Source of the DNA: Tubiluchus corallicola
Taxonomy: Eukaryota > Animalia > Priapulida
NCBI GenBank assembly: GCA_030141605.1
Contig: JAQGDQ010000006.1
Coordinates: forward strand, 620,001 to 684,000
Direction: 5' to 3'
DNA length: 64,000 nt
The notes below the pieces were generated by a model. It was given only the letters and a program-made list of their open reading frames with translations, did no database searches and had not been told where the DNA came from. Shown here piece after piece: positions 24,421-38,900 of this stretch. Numbering within the stretch: position 1 is the stretch's first letter; every line of letters begins with the position of its first letter. The position numbers and the translations under genes were made by a program.

Positions 24421-26389
24421 TTAAGATATGAAGATAGTCATAGTAATATTAATTTAAAGAATCTCTGTATTTTCTGATGTTATAAACATCGTAGTAATCA
24501 TTATAGTTTGTGTTTTTACTGAAAAAGCTGGATATTAAACATGTAAAAATAAGCAAGCTTTTATGAACTGATTGCTAAAAAATTTCATTTATAATTTCGT
24601 TTATATATATATATATATATATTTATGTACATGTACACGTAAGTATCGGGGCTCACTTTTGTATGTCTATGTATGTACACATAACTAGTAATCTATTCAT
24701 AGTATTTGTGTTAGGTGATACATACTGAATTGTGATCAAATCCCGATGATTAGTTGAATTTAGTTATAATTTATTGCTTAGTGTTTGCAGCTGATCGTGC
24801 AATTCAGTTTAAAATTGATGTAGTTTATAATTTTTTCTATTTTGTGCTTTTGCATTAATACGTTTGTGCATCCTGTAATAACAGTATTATTTATTATGCC
24901 TTTTCCTTGTATGTAATTAATTTGACAGCCAATTTTTGGGTTGTATTTAACAAGTTGAGGTGCTGACACAATTATGGCCAACCACTAGTAAAAGTCATTA
25001 AAATGCTGCATAATTTTGCTGACAACCTTTTTGCAGGTGCCCGTGAGACCTTTTATGAATGACTCAAAAGCTGTTGTTGTAATGATGTGTCTTTATATAC
25101 ATTACATAATAGTCACAGCTTAGTAATGACTGGTAAGATACAGCACTCTTATGCCTATTGCAGTAAACATGAAAATGATTAAAACAAGAAAAGCATTCAT
25201 GCTATAATTGAAAGATTTTTATTTTGTGATAGAAGTTGGAGTGCCATGATACGCTCACAAAAGTTTTAAAAGTAGACAGTACGGATTCGGTAAGGTATCA
25301 GTGGTTCTAGAAACATAAGCCATATGAATTCACTTTTTTGATAGGTTTCAGAATCAAGGACAATTAAATTATTGGTATGTTTAATTGTTAATTGTATGGA
25401 ATGTGTTGTCATAAAGTGTCTTTCATTGTAACACTCCAGTGCAAATGATGTGATTTAGATGTCTATTGTCTAGCATTTTAACGCCTTAGTTTTTGCAGTA
25501 AATGATTTTTACGATTTCTTTCAGTCTACTAAGTGTAAAAAAGTTTACGTTGATTTGAAGTTTAATTGTGGCGCAAATGTCAGCATTGTGTTACTTTTCT
25601 ATGGAAATTGATATCATTAAATTTTCTTTAAAGCAACAGCATTTTATATTTCTGTAATATGGTGCTTTCTGAAGAGTTTTTATTGAGACTGACCAAAATC
25701 GTTTTTTCCCGTACAACCAATAGCAATTCTTCACATTACCCACACATTGCAAATATGAGGGTCGGTCACATAGAAGAGTAGAAAGACTATTTGATTGGTG
25801 CTTCATATTTGATCTCTGCACCAGTGTGAAGAGTTTCTAAAGCTGTATTAGTAGGCTGAATTACCTTGATTAAGTCGATACATCAGTTCTTCTTGGGAAA
25901 TTGTGTTTCATAATTTTAAAATCACTGTGAAGTGCTTATGTGGTAAAACCACACTAAATTACTTTCAGCGCACATTTTTGTACGTGTTACTATTACGAGC
26001 ATGTGAGCATGTAATTGTAAAGCATTTTAATTGCTACCATGTTTGTATCTGGCTGTAAAGAATGAATTAATAATAATGTATATTAGCTGAGTTATATCTG
26101 AACACATTTCTACCGTGTTGAAATAAAATTACCTAAATGTTTTACTTTCTGCTTCGTTGCTTTATCCATTTGTAAAAAATCTTTGTTTTATTGTCAACCT
26201 GTAGTAAATCACATGAAAGCAGAAATGCATAAACACGTAAACTTGGAACTGGTACGTGCTTGTGTAACAATTTTTAATGTTAAATTAAAGTTTTCTTTTC
26301 ATGTACTATGTGAGTATTGTTTTTGCAGAAGATTGACTAAAACTACAAACGCATAATGAAAACAATGTACTCAAATTAGCTGGCCTTAA

Positions 26390-26599
26390 AGGACAAGGAA
26401 AGGGGTCTTTAAAGTGGTTTTCAGAAAAATCCCCTTAAAAAATTATATTAGTTTATAGCAATCTTAAGCATTTACTGCAGTGGTTGAAATATTTTACCAA
26501 AATTGAAGTAAACATGAGTACTTTATAAGCATAAAATGGTGATATTTTTTTAATGCGAGTTTTCTGAAACTTACTTTATACTGCACTTTTTTTTGTCCT
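26390..26599. mobile_element. Kolobok-type MITE (~210 bp) just upstream of the SPATS2 promoter
   Basis: ttaa|aggacaaggaaagggg...tttcagaaaaatccccttaaaaaa at the left end and its imperfect ~55-bp inverse ending ttgtcct|ttca at the right end. Confidence 0.7.
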
Positions 26600-26739
26600 T
26601 TCACTCGATGGATTTTTAGATATTGAAATGTCATCAGATTTTTAGTATTGGCTTATTATTAAGACATAAGAATTCGTAATTGTGTAAGACGAGAAAAAAG
26701 GCCACTAAAAATTAGTAGAGATTTGACTTTGAGGTGGGA

Positions 26740-26942
26740 GGCGAAACCTAATGCCAGATCGCACAGTTTGAGCCCAGTGGATACTGAGCAAGGTTTTTAC
26801 GATGGCTATTTTTCATCACCGTATCAGACATTTTTCGTCGTTGTTCGACAAGTTTCGTTTACTTCCGGGTTTCACAACCATTTCCGCTGTTGTTGTAGTG
26901 CGCTGGTGAATAAATGAATGCTGTTGAAAAGTTGATAGAAGA
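26740..26942 (+). promoter_or_regulatory. Promoter and 5' UTR of the SPATS2-like gene
   Basis: CpG-richer patch with an ETS-type site (acttccgg, ~26861) directly upstream of the ATG-bearing first exon. Confidence 0.55.
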
Positions 26943-29900
26943 ATGGCCCGCAAGAATATCGCCAATAAAAAAGGTATCTGTCATACATTAACGTACTAAA
27001 ATATACTAAATATTTCAATATCATTTGCATAATTAGGTCATAAACTTATAATGATACTGAAAATTAAATGGATAGGCCTATGTTTCTTGCAAGTTGCATG
27101 TAATGTATGCATCTTGTGTGCTCTCTGGCGACATCAGTATCATAATTTATTATAAAATATGGTATTGTAGTAAAGTTAGTGCTTTAGTGGCAATTGTAAA
27201 ACGATCAGTAACTGACTTTGGTATCACTTTTAATTGATGCTGATAATTGCCATCACTCTTTACAAAAGGTGCAAAGCATGTGTGAAAAATTCTGCCAAGT
27301 AATTGGAAAGAGGTTTTTAAAATTACTCTGCCGTGCTATTAATTAGGTTCCATTGTATATAAAGAGGATACTGACGGAGTTTAAAAGTCAGTTCAAGGAA
27401 AAAACTAATTTGCCTCTACCTGCAAACTATATACCGGTACACTCCATTGAACATTCCTCCTAGGCATTAGTTGTGTACAGTGTTAAGTGCTGTTAACTTT
27501 TAGGTCACATTGCCTAACGCGTCTGTCTGTTGTATTTGCTACGGAACTGATGTCACAGCAATTCTACCAAATGTAACTTTAGTTTCCGACAGTATATTTT
27601 TTCGAAAGTGAAAGTACCTGTTTGTTCTGATTTTGGATGTTTGGAATACTGCAGGAAAGGGTTTTCCATGTATGGATTTTCACCAGACAAAAGCTGAGAA
27701 AAGTGCGGATAAGTACCTAGCAAAAAGTATAAGGATGTAAAATGTACAGTGTCCTTCAAGTGAAGAACAACTGATGCATTTTTAGCTCATAAGGTTGAAC
27801 TTTTGTGTTTGCTTTTTGAATGTTTATGAAACATTGATTCAAATCTTGCTATTGCCAGTACATATAAAAAGCTTCTGTCACAGCATCTGTGACACATGGA
27901 ATTATTTATCATGGTTATGAGGCTGTACTGTAGTGTGCCTATGAGCATTCAAGGATGACGTATAGTTGTTATGCCATATTATTATATTTTGTCATAAGAA
28001 AGCGTTCTCGGTAGTAAATAAAATAAAAAGGAATTTGAAAGAATGCACGGTAATACAACAAATTTTGTTTATATTACTTTAGTAATAGTTGTCAGTTAGG
28101 TGTTTCTTTGTTTAATTATATAATAATATCATCCCATTTATTGAGGCGAATGTGGCAGTATCTTGTTGTGTTGTGTAGAGCAATGCCATTCAACTGGGGT
28201 GGATGGTCCACCTAAGGGTGGACCAAATTTGGCTGAGGGTGGACTAGGAGATTGGAGTGAACCAGGAATGCAGAATTCCAATCGCAATTCATATTGGTAC
28301 TATTTTGGCCAATTAGACATTTTCCTATAGGAAAAAAGTATGAAAAATTGAGTTTTTTCTTGTATACTGGTTGAAGAAAAGTAAATATTGAAAAAGAACA
28401 CATGGGTACAGCATCCCTAACATAAAATAAGCAAGTTGCAAGTAAAACAAATATTGTTTGGTATTTCATTACTATGGCAACCAATGATTGTTTGTTAGTA
28501 CATCACTCAAAATTTAAGAAATACGTTGCGTTCACACTAAAAGCACTGTAGCCACGAAGATATTTTTTAGAAAAGAACACAAAAGAAAAATTTGGCAATT
28601 CATTTTCTACTGATCACATGTAATCTTGAAAAAACTTAACAAAAATCAACTATGCCGAAATTCAGTTCAAGTTAAGTCAGCTGCCAAGTTGTAGCAGCCA
28701 CGTAAATGTTACTTGTTAATAATAGTAATTATGAGTTGTGAATGTGCATGTATATCTGGCATTTAATCAGAAGAGCTTAACCATTGAAGTACTGTAATAA
28801 AACCATGTCAAACTGTAATATAATTATTCAAATGTACAATGCAACAACAATGACAATGGTGATGGTACAAAAATGTATTTGGTCTCTAAAACTATACTAT
28901 AATCCTGTGGCGTAGCCATTATAGTTTTTCCAAAAAAAGTTAATTACAGTAATGCTCTTTCTGGACTCCACATATATTTCTGCTTTATGGTTTTTTTACT
29001 GACAACTTATTTGAATGCTTAAAGTAATTAAATTAATGCAAATCCTTAATTTCGATTCATTTTAAGGCTTATTAATAATTATTCACAGCATAATAGTTTA
29101 ATAAATGTTAAATAATAATAAATAATAGTAAGGCTAAACTAAATAAAAAAAACAAGACATTTTTGTTTCAATTTTAAGCTAGGTGGGCCAATTTTGAAGT
29201 TTGGGCTCTTAGGTAGGGTGGACCAGTCTGAAAAACATTGAATAACACTGGTGTAGAGGACTGTAACATATAGAGAAATTTTTAAACAGAAAATAACTTT
29301 CCAAGTCAGGAACCTTCTGCAGTCTGTGGCATCTGTCATCCATTCATAGTTTGAGCTTAGGCCAGTTATACCTGAAGCACTGGGGTAACATTGAGATTTT
29401 TGGTGCAGGGTAAGTTTGGGGCAAGATGATCTCCAAGGTCAAAGGTCATCTGGGGGCCTAGCCAGAACAGGGGTAAAAGATAGAAACCTCAACAGCTACT
29501 CAGCATTGGTGTACAGAATGGCAGGATATGAATCAGCTCAGTACGTGGAATTAGAGCCTGTCACTTAGTAACAACCCAACATAAACAGGTATAGTGGAAA
29601 CATCTCAACGTGAAGAATCAGTGACCTGTCACTTTCTTGACAATCCTACATTAACAAAAATTCCCTTTTCCAGGGGGAGGGCTAATCCAGATATCGAACA
29701 ATCACAAATATATAGTGTTGTAAACAGGGCTTTGAAGTTCGTACATTAAATTCCCGACTCTTACCTAAAACTTTTGGAGCTCTAACTCCAACTCCTGCCT
29801 TTAAAAAATAGTTTGTAGTACTCCCAATATATAGCTACAGCGGAATTTTATCACTGCCTAGTAAATCATTGGGTTACTTCTTATGTTCAAATTTTCTGAA

Positions 29901-32900
29901 TTTAATATAAGGAAGAAATATTTAAAAAAACAAGACTAATTAAATCAGTAACTCTTTCATAGATGCTCATGCATAATTGTAAGGAAAAAATCGTCAAATT
30001 ATTTATTGATATCCATATTTTATGGTTCTGCGTGCTAGGCATTCGTCAGTACTCAATAAATAAAAGATTATTAAGCGTAGATAGGCACTAATAGTGTTAA
30101 TATGCCACTGAGATATTTTCCTAGAAAAGATCATTATAACAAAGACTGATAATTGCCTGGTATTTTTTTACAGATATTTGCAAAAATAAAAATATAACTT
30201 AAATATTTTTAAGAACAACAAGTATCTAGCAACGGGTTGCCATTGCTCAGGGTAAGAAGCAGATAACAATAGGCAGTTTACTTTTGTGAATAATTAAATT
30301 AACGTGACCTAATATACATTAATATTAGATATAATTATTTTAAAAGTAACTGAAGTCAGACTTTGTCTGTTTTCACCGACTCAACACTGACTTCTCTAAC
30401 AGTAAGTGTACTCCCGAGTCCTGACTACAAAACCCTCATTTTTAACAACTCCCGACTCCTTTAGCAATAATTTTGCTGCCGACTCTGACTCCACAGCCCT
30501 GGTTGTAAAGGCAGGTTTTGTTCCTCAAAATATCAAATGTAAATGCTAGGTAATGAGCGACAATATTGGGCGATACCCTGTGTGACCCTCCTTCCCCCAG
30601 AGAGTCCTAGATTAGAGGGAGGGAGAATCAGTGTTGGGTATAGTGGAAGAAACCAGGTCAGCTCAGTGCAGTGAATTACATTTGTGGGTGATTGCATCTG
30701 TCACCTAATGGTAACCCAGCTATGATAAAAGTATTTTATCTCCTCCCTGACTCCCAGACATTCGAACAATTGTAACTACAGTGTTATAAAGGCAGATTTT
30801 GTCCTACATAAGTCTAAGTGCTAGGCATTAAGTGAGAACGTTTAGGCAATGGTATTCAATGGCCAAGAGATGAATGTAAAGCTAGCAGAATGTGGCTCAA
30901 AATGCAGTTGTATGAAACTTGCTGTACAAAATTTCTACACGAAAACTTTGACCTTGTTTGACTAGGAAGCACCTTTGGGAAATTAATACTCTTTGCATAC
31001 CTTTATTGCCTAATTTGTGAACCAAATTTGGCCAAAATGAATGATCTTGTGTCACGTGTCAAGAGCCTCAAGACGCCAAACATGAGAGTCATGGGACCTA
31101 CTGTGTAACAACATCATTGATGCACTGGTTTTCAATATTCTCACTTAATCATTAACCTTGTAAAATGCTGTCTACTTTTGCATTTACAGTTTCTTGAGAT
31201 TTACCTGGTGTTTTTATAAATTATAAGTAAATGTTGTCCAACAATTTTTCTGAAATTGCAGTTGTGACCAATAGTAGTTTTCACTCAATAGCGAATGCCA
31301 AATACCAAATGTACTTAATTTGAAAAGAAAACCCTTGGAAGTTTTTAATAACATTTAAATTAGGAACATTTAATAACATAACAATTTGCTGTGAAATTAA
31401 ATTAAATTTAAAAAAATAATTAACATGCCATTCATATCTAGTGTACAAGTTTTTTGCGCTTGTAATGAAATTCGTATAAGTAAACTAAGTGTAAATTAAG
31501 AATAAGCACATTGGTTTAGGTCTCTAACCACAATATTGGAATTTGGAGGCAGGAAATTGGTAATGCTGGTGATTGAAATGTGAGTTTTGGAAGGTCATGA
31601 CGGATAGATCACTTTTGAAGAAACACACATTTGAAGATTTTCTAGCTTTGTTCGGAATGCATTAGACTAAAACTATTTAGGAGAAAAAATTGTGTTATTT
31701 TTCACAAACATGGTAATAATATCTTATTGCCTCATTTTCATCTTGTTAATGTTTGTAAACAGAAATAGATTTGGTAAAAAAAAAATATTTAATTTACTTA
31801 AAAATTTAAAAAATATTTAGTACACCTTTGCTAACTTTATAGCCTTTACTTTTTAGGAGTGCAGCAGCTGTGCTTCTATGAGGCTATGCTAACTGAGAAT
31901 GAAAGAATGCGGCAAATACTTTTAGAGATTTTTGACCTTTATGCATCTGAACTAAAACTATTTAGGGGAAAAATGCTATTTTCACCATTGTAGTAGTAAT
32001 AGCTTCTTGCATCGTATTCATCTTGTTGGTGTTTGCGAATAGAAATAGGTTTAGCAAAAATTATTAAAATAGTATATTTATATCCCTTAAAAGGTTAAAA
32101 AACATTTAGCACACTGCTGCTAACTATAAAGCCTTTACTTTACTGTTATACCAATCAATTTAGTGTGACTAGATTTTTTAGGAGTGTAGCAGTTGTGCTG
32201 CTATGAGGCTGTGCTTAACTGAGAATGATAGAATGCAGCAAACACTTTTAGAGATTTTTGGGCCTTTGTGCATCTGGCTGAAGCACCAATGTGCTATTCT
32301 ATCATACCAGTGTGGCAGTGCTACTAAAAAGTTGCCATGTATTCTAAAATGCGTTGAAGACAGTCACTCAATTTGAAAATGCCAGTGTTAATAATAATCA
32401 CCCAATAGCTATTTGTCACCCACTGTACACATGGTGAAGTCTTGCTTGCTACTTACTGTAGTACAGATGAATTGCTACAAACAATATGACACCATTACAG
32501 GTGCTATACACGTATATTGCTAGCTATTAATTGTACAGAATGTTGCAATTTGCAGATTTCTTATTCATTTCATGAGTCATTATTTTTTACCAATTCATGT
32601 TTTATACCGTTCTTTATACTTCAAGCTGGTATCCGTCATTAATGCAGTCACTACTAACATTGGTGCTTGTGGCAGGGTTGGATTACAGTCGTTGTGAAGG
32701 ATAGAATAGTCCTCTGAAATGAGGTACTGAACCCATAAAATATCTAAGGTAGAAGGGGCCAGTAGGACAGTTGGAATTATCCATAACCAATATTTATTGG
32801 TCACTTATCCATCTACTAGCCAGGCAAGGTCTTGTTTAACTTCCTAGCTAAGCATACTGTGATCATTCAGTGACACTCATCTAAGCTCTTCCTCGTCTGT

Positions 32901-35900
32901 TTCATATTCATCTATTCAAAGTGCTAGAATTTGACTGGATGGAAATTTACTCAGTTGCTGCAATTATCCTAAGCAACTGTACTTTCATTTTAGAAATGAT
33001 TGCATAACATTTCAGAAAAAAAATTGTTCTTGTTTGTCACATCCTGTACATGCGTCAGAGTAATAGAGCATTGAATGTTTTGAATATCTGTGAGATATTA
33101 ATTAAGTGTGGGTGAATCCATCTGTCACATAGTGGTTATTTACCATCTGTGAGCATTGAATGTAACAGCTTTTAATAATTTATTATTAGGGTATTTTCGT
33201 ATATGTACCTGTGCACTAGATGGCAACGGTGTTTAGTGGTTCTATTAATGTTGGTTGAAAGTCACTTTTTAAAGGTAATTAGATTGATACATTTTTGGAT
33301 GAATTGGCTGAGTTTATTGAATCTACGTGTACTCTACTGGGCAGATCAGTATTTTCTGGAGATTTCAACATTCTGATTAACAAAACCTATGATCCTGTCT
33401 CTATTAAATTTAAGGAATTTTTAATGGCATATGGCTTGTGTCAATTGTTGATGTTCCTACTCATGAAACTGGTAATACTTAATTATACTTTAGATCTCTT
33501 TATAACTCAATCTCACATAGTTGATTATATTACTAATATTTTGCAAAGTTCCTTTCTCTTATATGATGCCTTTATTCAATGTCATTTCTGACCTTGAAGT
33601 GAGGTGCACCAAATTTCGAAACAGTCGTCAGATTTGTATAAATGAGCCTCAGACTGACATTGTTGGTTTAGTAAGCTCCGTCTCATTAAACTAGCAAGAT
33701 AATTTAACTGAATTAGTTGATGCCTATGCTTAGCTGCTATTTTGAATAAGCATGCTCCGTTGTAAACTACAAAAATTGTTGTTCGTCCTGCTGTTCCATG
33801 GTACTACAGTGACAAAATGTCAGTCTGATCACATAATTTTTAAAAATCAAAGGAATGTTTACAATAAAATGGTTAAATTCACAAAGGAGCAGTATATTAG
33901 AGATAAGTTGCGAGATTGTAACAATGACCCAAAAAGATATTTAAGCTTATAGGTTCTATTACTGTTGGATCAAAAAATCATGTTCTTCCTCCTGGTTCTA
34001 ATAAACTCACAGCAGACAACTTTGCAAATTACTTTGTTGATAAGATTGATACAATATGAAAAGATTAATCGCATTTTGATTTTTATGACCATTCTGACGT
34101 CTCTAGTCCACAGTTGAGCAGCTTTTCAGATGATGAAATTAAAAATGTCAGATGTCAAAGATGGTAGAATGCCACATATGTTTCCTACAAATTTGGTTAA
34201 AGATAATATTGATTTGCTACTGTCTTTAATATCAAAAGTAGTTAATTTTTCTCTACAGTCTGACATCTTCCCACATCAGTGGAAGGAATCAATTGTTACT
34301 CCTCTTATGAAAAAGCCTAGCTTGGCTCCTGTTAATGGGAACTATTGTTGTATGTCAAATTGGAAGTTTATTTCTAAAATTATTGAAAAGGCTGCTCTAC
34401 TGATCTTTGTTTCTCATTTAGAGAAAAATTGTTTGCTTCCTTCCTATCAGTCTGATCGGTCAGTCAAGATGACCAATGATCTTTTGCTATCCATGGATAA
34501 ACAGGATGTCTCTGTTTTAATTTCAGTTGATCTCACTGCTGCCTTTAACACTGTCAACCATGACATTTTGATGAAAGTACTTATTATTGATCTTCCAAAC
34601 AATTGGTTTACATCCTATCTCACTTTAAGGACTCAGAAGGTTATGATTGGAAACACAATTTCAGAGGCAGCAGGACTAAAATCTGGTGTTTCTCAAGGAT
34701 CACCTGTTGGTCCTATTTTGTACATGGTTCATGCATCAATGTTAATTGACATTTTAAACAGTTATCTTGCATCAGTGATGGGCTATGCAGATGACCATGC
34801 CCGGTGTATTATTGCAAATCCTCATGCCAGTCAATTGCTTGATAATGCTGTTTGTCAAATGGAATTATGTCTTACTGATATTAAAAGCTGGATGGGAAAA
34901 AAATAAACTAATGATAATTGACATTAAAATGGAGGCTATTATCATAGGATTCACTGGAAAAGTTCATATTGGTATTCACAGTCAAATTCGTATTCGTACT
35001 AATATTATTGAAATGAGTAGAGAAATCAAGTATTTGGGGGCATGGTTGGACTTATCAATGAAAAAGCAAGTATCTGAATCTTGCCATGTGGCTTCATATA
35101 AGTTATACAGCATCAAGAGAATAGACAGTTGTTTATCCCAGGATTTAGCTATTACATTAATTTGTACAAGGGTTCTGTCTCATTTAGATTTTAACAATGT
35201 TTTACTTTTTAGCTTACCTACTATAACACTGAAATGCAAATTGTTCAAAACATGGCAGCTAGAATCATTTTAAAATTATCAAAATATGATCATATTACTC
35301 CAGCCCTCAAGATGCTGCATTTGTTATCAATTAGATATCGCGTACAGTTTAAAACTAAACAGGGAAGCACCATCATATTTGACAGAGCTGTTCGAGTTTA
35401 TTTTTTCAACATATACTTTGACGTCTATTGACAATCTGCATGTTAAGATACCGGAAACTAAGTGTGTAACATTTGGGGATAGAGCTTTCAGTGTTTGTGG
35501 GGCACATTTATGGAACCAGTTGCCTGTGAATCTAAAACTGGCTACAAATGTTTAAAAAATTCAAGAAACTAGTTAAGACTTACCTGATTCAGCAAGCATT
35601 TATGTAATTTTAATAGTCTATCAGTGTATGCAAACATTTTTTTACTAATGTGATCATGTAATTTTTACTGATGATTCTTCTTGTGATTTCGTGCTCCTTG
35701 TAATATTTTAAAGTGATTGTTAGATTTTTTACTCGATTTTTTTTTGTTTTGTACAGCGCCGTTGATAGTGACGAGTGCTTATAAATAAATAAACTGTAAC
35801 TGTAACTAATTAGTTGTTTTAACATTCATTCAAAGACTTTCAGTCAAAGGCTGACAATTTGTTGACTTGAATAGTGAATAATTCAGTAAATGAATAATAA

Positions 35901-38900
35901 ACTCAGTTTTACTGCAGTGAATGTTGTGTTCCGTGCAATTGAGATCAACTATCGTGTAAAGTTTTGCATTATTTTGATAAAAAACGTTTTTGCTCATAAC
36001 TGTTATTTATCGCATATTTTGCTCTTGCTGTTGTGCACATTCATTGGCTGAGAGAGGCGGTTTATTTCTGACCTTTGATAGCAACCAACCTTTGATTGTT
36101 GAGTTAAGTTTGCTAAATATAGACCGGACAGTAGGTAAAATCACTGCACTTGCTTTACAGGCATCATTCAGCTGCTAACTGACTGAGTCATCTGTTGCAC
36201 AAAGTTCAAATTTATGTATAATATGTAACTTATATGTTATTGGGCTATTTGAATTCAGCTGCAGAAGAATTGTGGTGAGCCTTTTCTTATTGAAATTAAA
36301 AACAATTAAGTTGTTTTGGTGAACCTGATTCAAGATTCATGATTTGTATTATTTGAAAGGACTATTGTTTGTGAAGTTAATGGTTGACTGGCTTAATTAT
36401 GATGCTAGTTAGAAAATGGTTAACAATTTTCAATGAAGTGGTGATCAGTGTGCTGACTTTGTCATACAAGAGTACAAAGTACAACAAAACGTTCAAACAC
36501 AGGCATGAGTTCAGTCAGGTGCTCAGCTCTAGTAGTGTTTCTTAGAGATACAAGTGCTTCTGTCACCATTCAAACACATGCCATGTAGGCCAATCCATCT
36601 ATTTTCCTCGCTGTAAATGCTGAAGTCTAGTCACAACCAGCATTGACATAGAGCTGACAGAGCTAATGTTTTTTCAGAAACCCTGGTATTCACAGTTTCA
36701 CATGCCCTAAAATATGACCTTTATAAGCTAGCGACAGCCATCTTTTCAGAAATCTTGAAAAATGCTGCCATTGGACAATTTTCAATTAGACTCGTATCCA
36801 AAATTAAATGCAACTTGATGGGTTTTAGCATTGTACAAAGTTTCATAACTTCCAAGCAAAATAAGCAAGTTCTTCGAAATTCAGCTAAATATTTAGCCCG
36901 GGAATCCGGCAGCCGTTTTGTTTTTTGTTTGTTAAGTTGTGTTGCATCCTCTTTGGAGTTAAGCAGCAACTTTTTTGATTCAGCAAAGTCGAATTATTAA
37001 AAATAATTATTTCCTTTTTGGTTGTATAATAAACCTTTAGGTGAAACAGTTAATAGAAGTGCATAACCAGCATAATTTTTACTTGTGCGCCTTCTATTTT
37101 AAAAATGGCAGCCATGATTGAAATAAAAATAACAGAAATGGAGTGCTTATGTCCAACTATCCTGGATTGGATGTCATAATCGCCTCTTAGCATTAATTCT
37201 CTGAGAATTTTTCTTTTTTATTTAAGTGAAAAAACTTGGTGGCCATTTTGTTTTCGTTTTTGATCCTTTTCCACTAATTTTTCAAGTTGACAACAGTTTT
37301 TTCAGATTTAGCATAGTCAAATTGATAAAACTGTCCATGTTGCCTGCGTTTGGAAAAAATGCTTCTGAGGTTCCACTTTTCTGGAAATTTGTGTAGTATT
37401 TTGAGATTTTGGTCTACTTCATATTTTAGCCTTTACTGTGCTGCATTTATATTTTCGTTTTTCACTGATTATTGGGTTGAAATTGAAAACATTACAATGT
37501 TTGAATATTATAAACCAGTGTCACGTTTTTGTAAAAAGCTTCATGTATTCCGTAGGCTGGCTTTTTCTGTCGTTGCACTCCTCAAGTGTACTGTTGCATG
37601 TGAGTATCATATGGCTTGCAGTGTGTTGCATACATGCTGGTGGAAAGTTGTGAACTGCTAGAGTGGCCAATGACCTAGTAATATAGGCCGGTCAGGGACA
37701 GTATGGGCTGCTACATTTTTTGTGGGTGGGTCTAGAAACTATAGCTGAATGACATATATGAAAACTGTCTAGCAATAATGGAGTAGAATTTGCTTGGTAT
37801 CCTGCCTGTGCAACGTGTGTGTCATGTTTTGCTGTAAGTAATAACTGGTAGTTTTGACATAGATAAGGTTAGCCCTCAAACTTAGAATAACTGTGCTGGA
37901 TCTGTGTTGATTTATTACAACACTACGCTTACAATTTGTGAGACAGTCCATTGGGGGTGAATAGCCTGCTTGTGTAGACTTTATGCTTATCATAGTTTAT
38001 CTAAAACTTTAGTATTCGATATATTTAATCTAAAAGTTGTTGTGCCTTATATAAATGCTTTTATTTGTATTATATTGTACATACATATTAACAGGCCACC
38101 CTCTAAATTTCATATGCCTGAAAGTTATTGGTGAAAGATAGACGCAGAGGCCAAAAGTCGTGCACTATAATTAATATTGCAGTTCAGTGTGATGTTGTTT
38201 AATATAAAATATTTTGACAAATTAACAAAAATTACCAATATTTTAATAGGCTTTCTGAAGTGAATTTTAAATATAATTTCATCCCCTCTGAAATGAGAAA
38301 AAAATGTTTTACATATTTACAGAATATAATATGCCTGAATTTGAAACATGCATTGAAATAACTGGCCACACATTAAAAATTTGAAGTGAAGTGCAGAACG
38401 AAAACTTTTCAAAATTGAATACGAAGAGAAAATTTGTTCAAACTACTCTACTGTTTAACTGGTTGTCAAAATTATGTAAAGCAAAATATTTCCTTTGGTA
38501 TGCATAAATTGGGTAATATTCAGTTGGTTCATTTGTTTTTAAATAGATTTAAATGATATAAGTGTTACTGTTGCAAGTAGGCCTACATTGTACTCCAAAC
38601 TGAACTGCGACGTACCTCAACAGTAAAATATATAATTCATGCTGTGTTTGTATTATTGGTGATTATTAAATTAGTTAACACATTAGCACACTTTTGAGTA
38701 AATGATTGTAATTTCAGTTTTTAGTTAGCTTATTTTGTTTCAAATGGTTTTGATAGTCATTAGCAAAAATTTAGAATTAAATCTTAGTTAATCTTTTCCG
38801 AAGAAGTTTTCAAGAATCAGTGGAGACTGCATATGTGCTTGGTGCCTTGGTGCTTCTTATAAAATTGATATTTGCCTCTATGTTTATCCATCCAAGGAGT

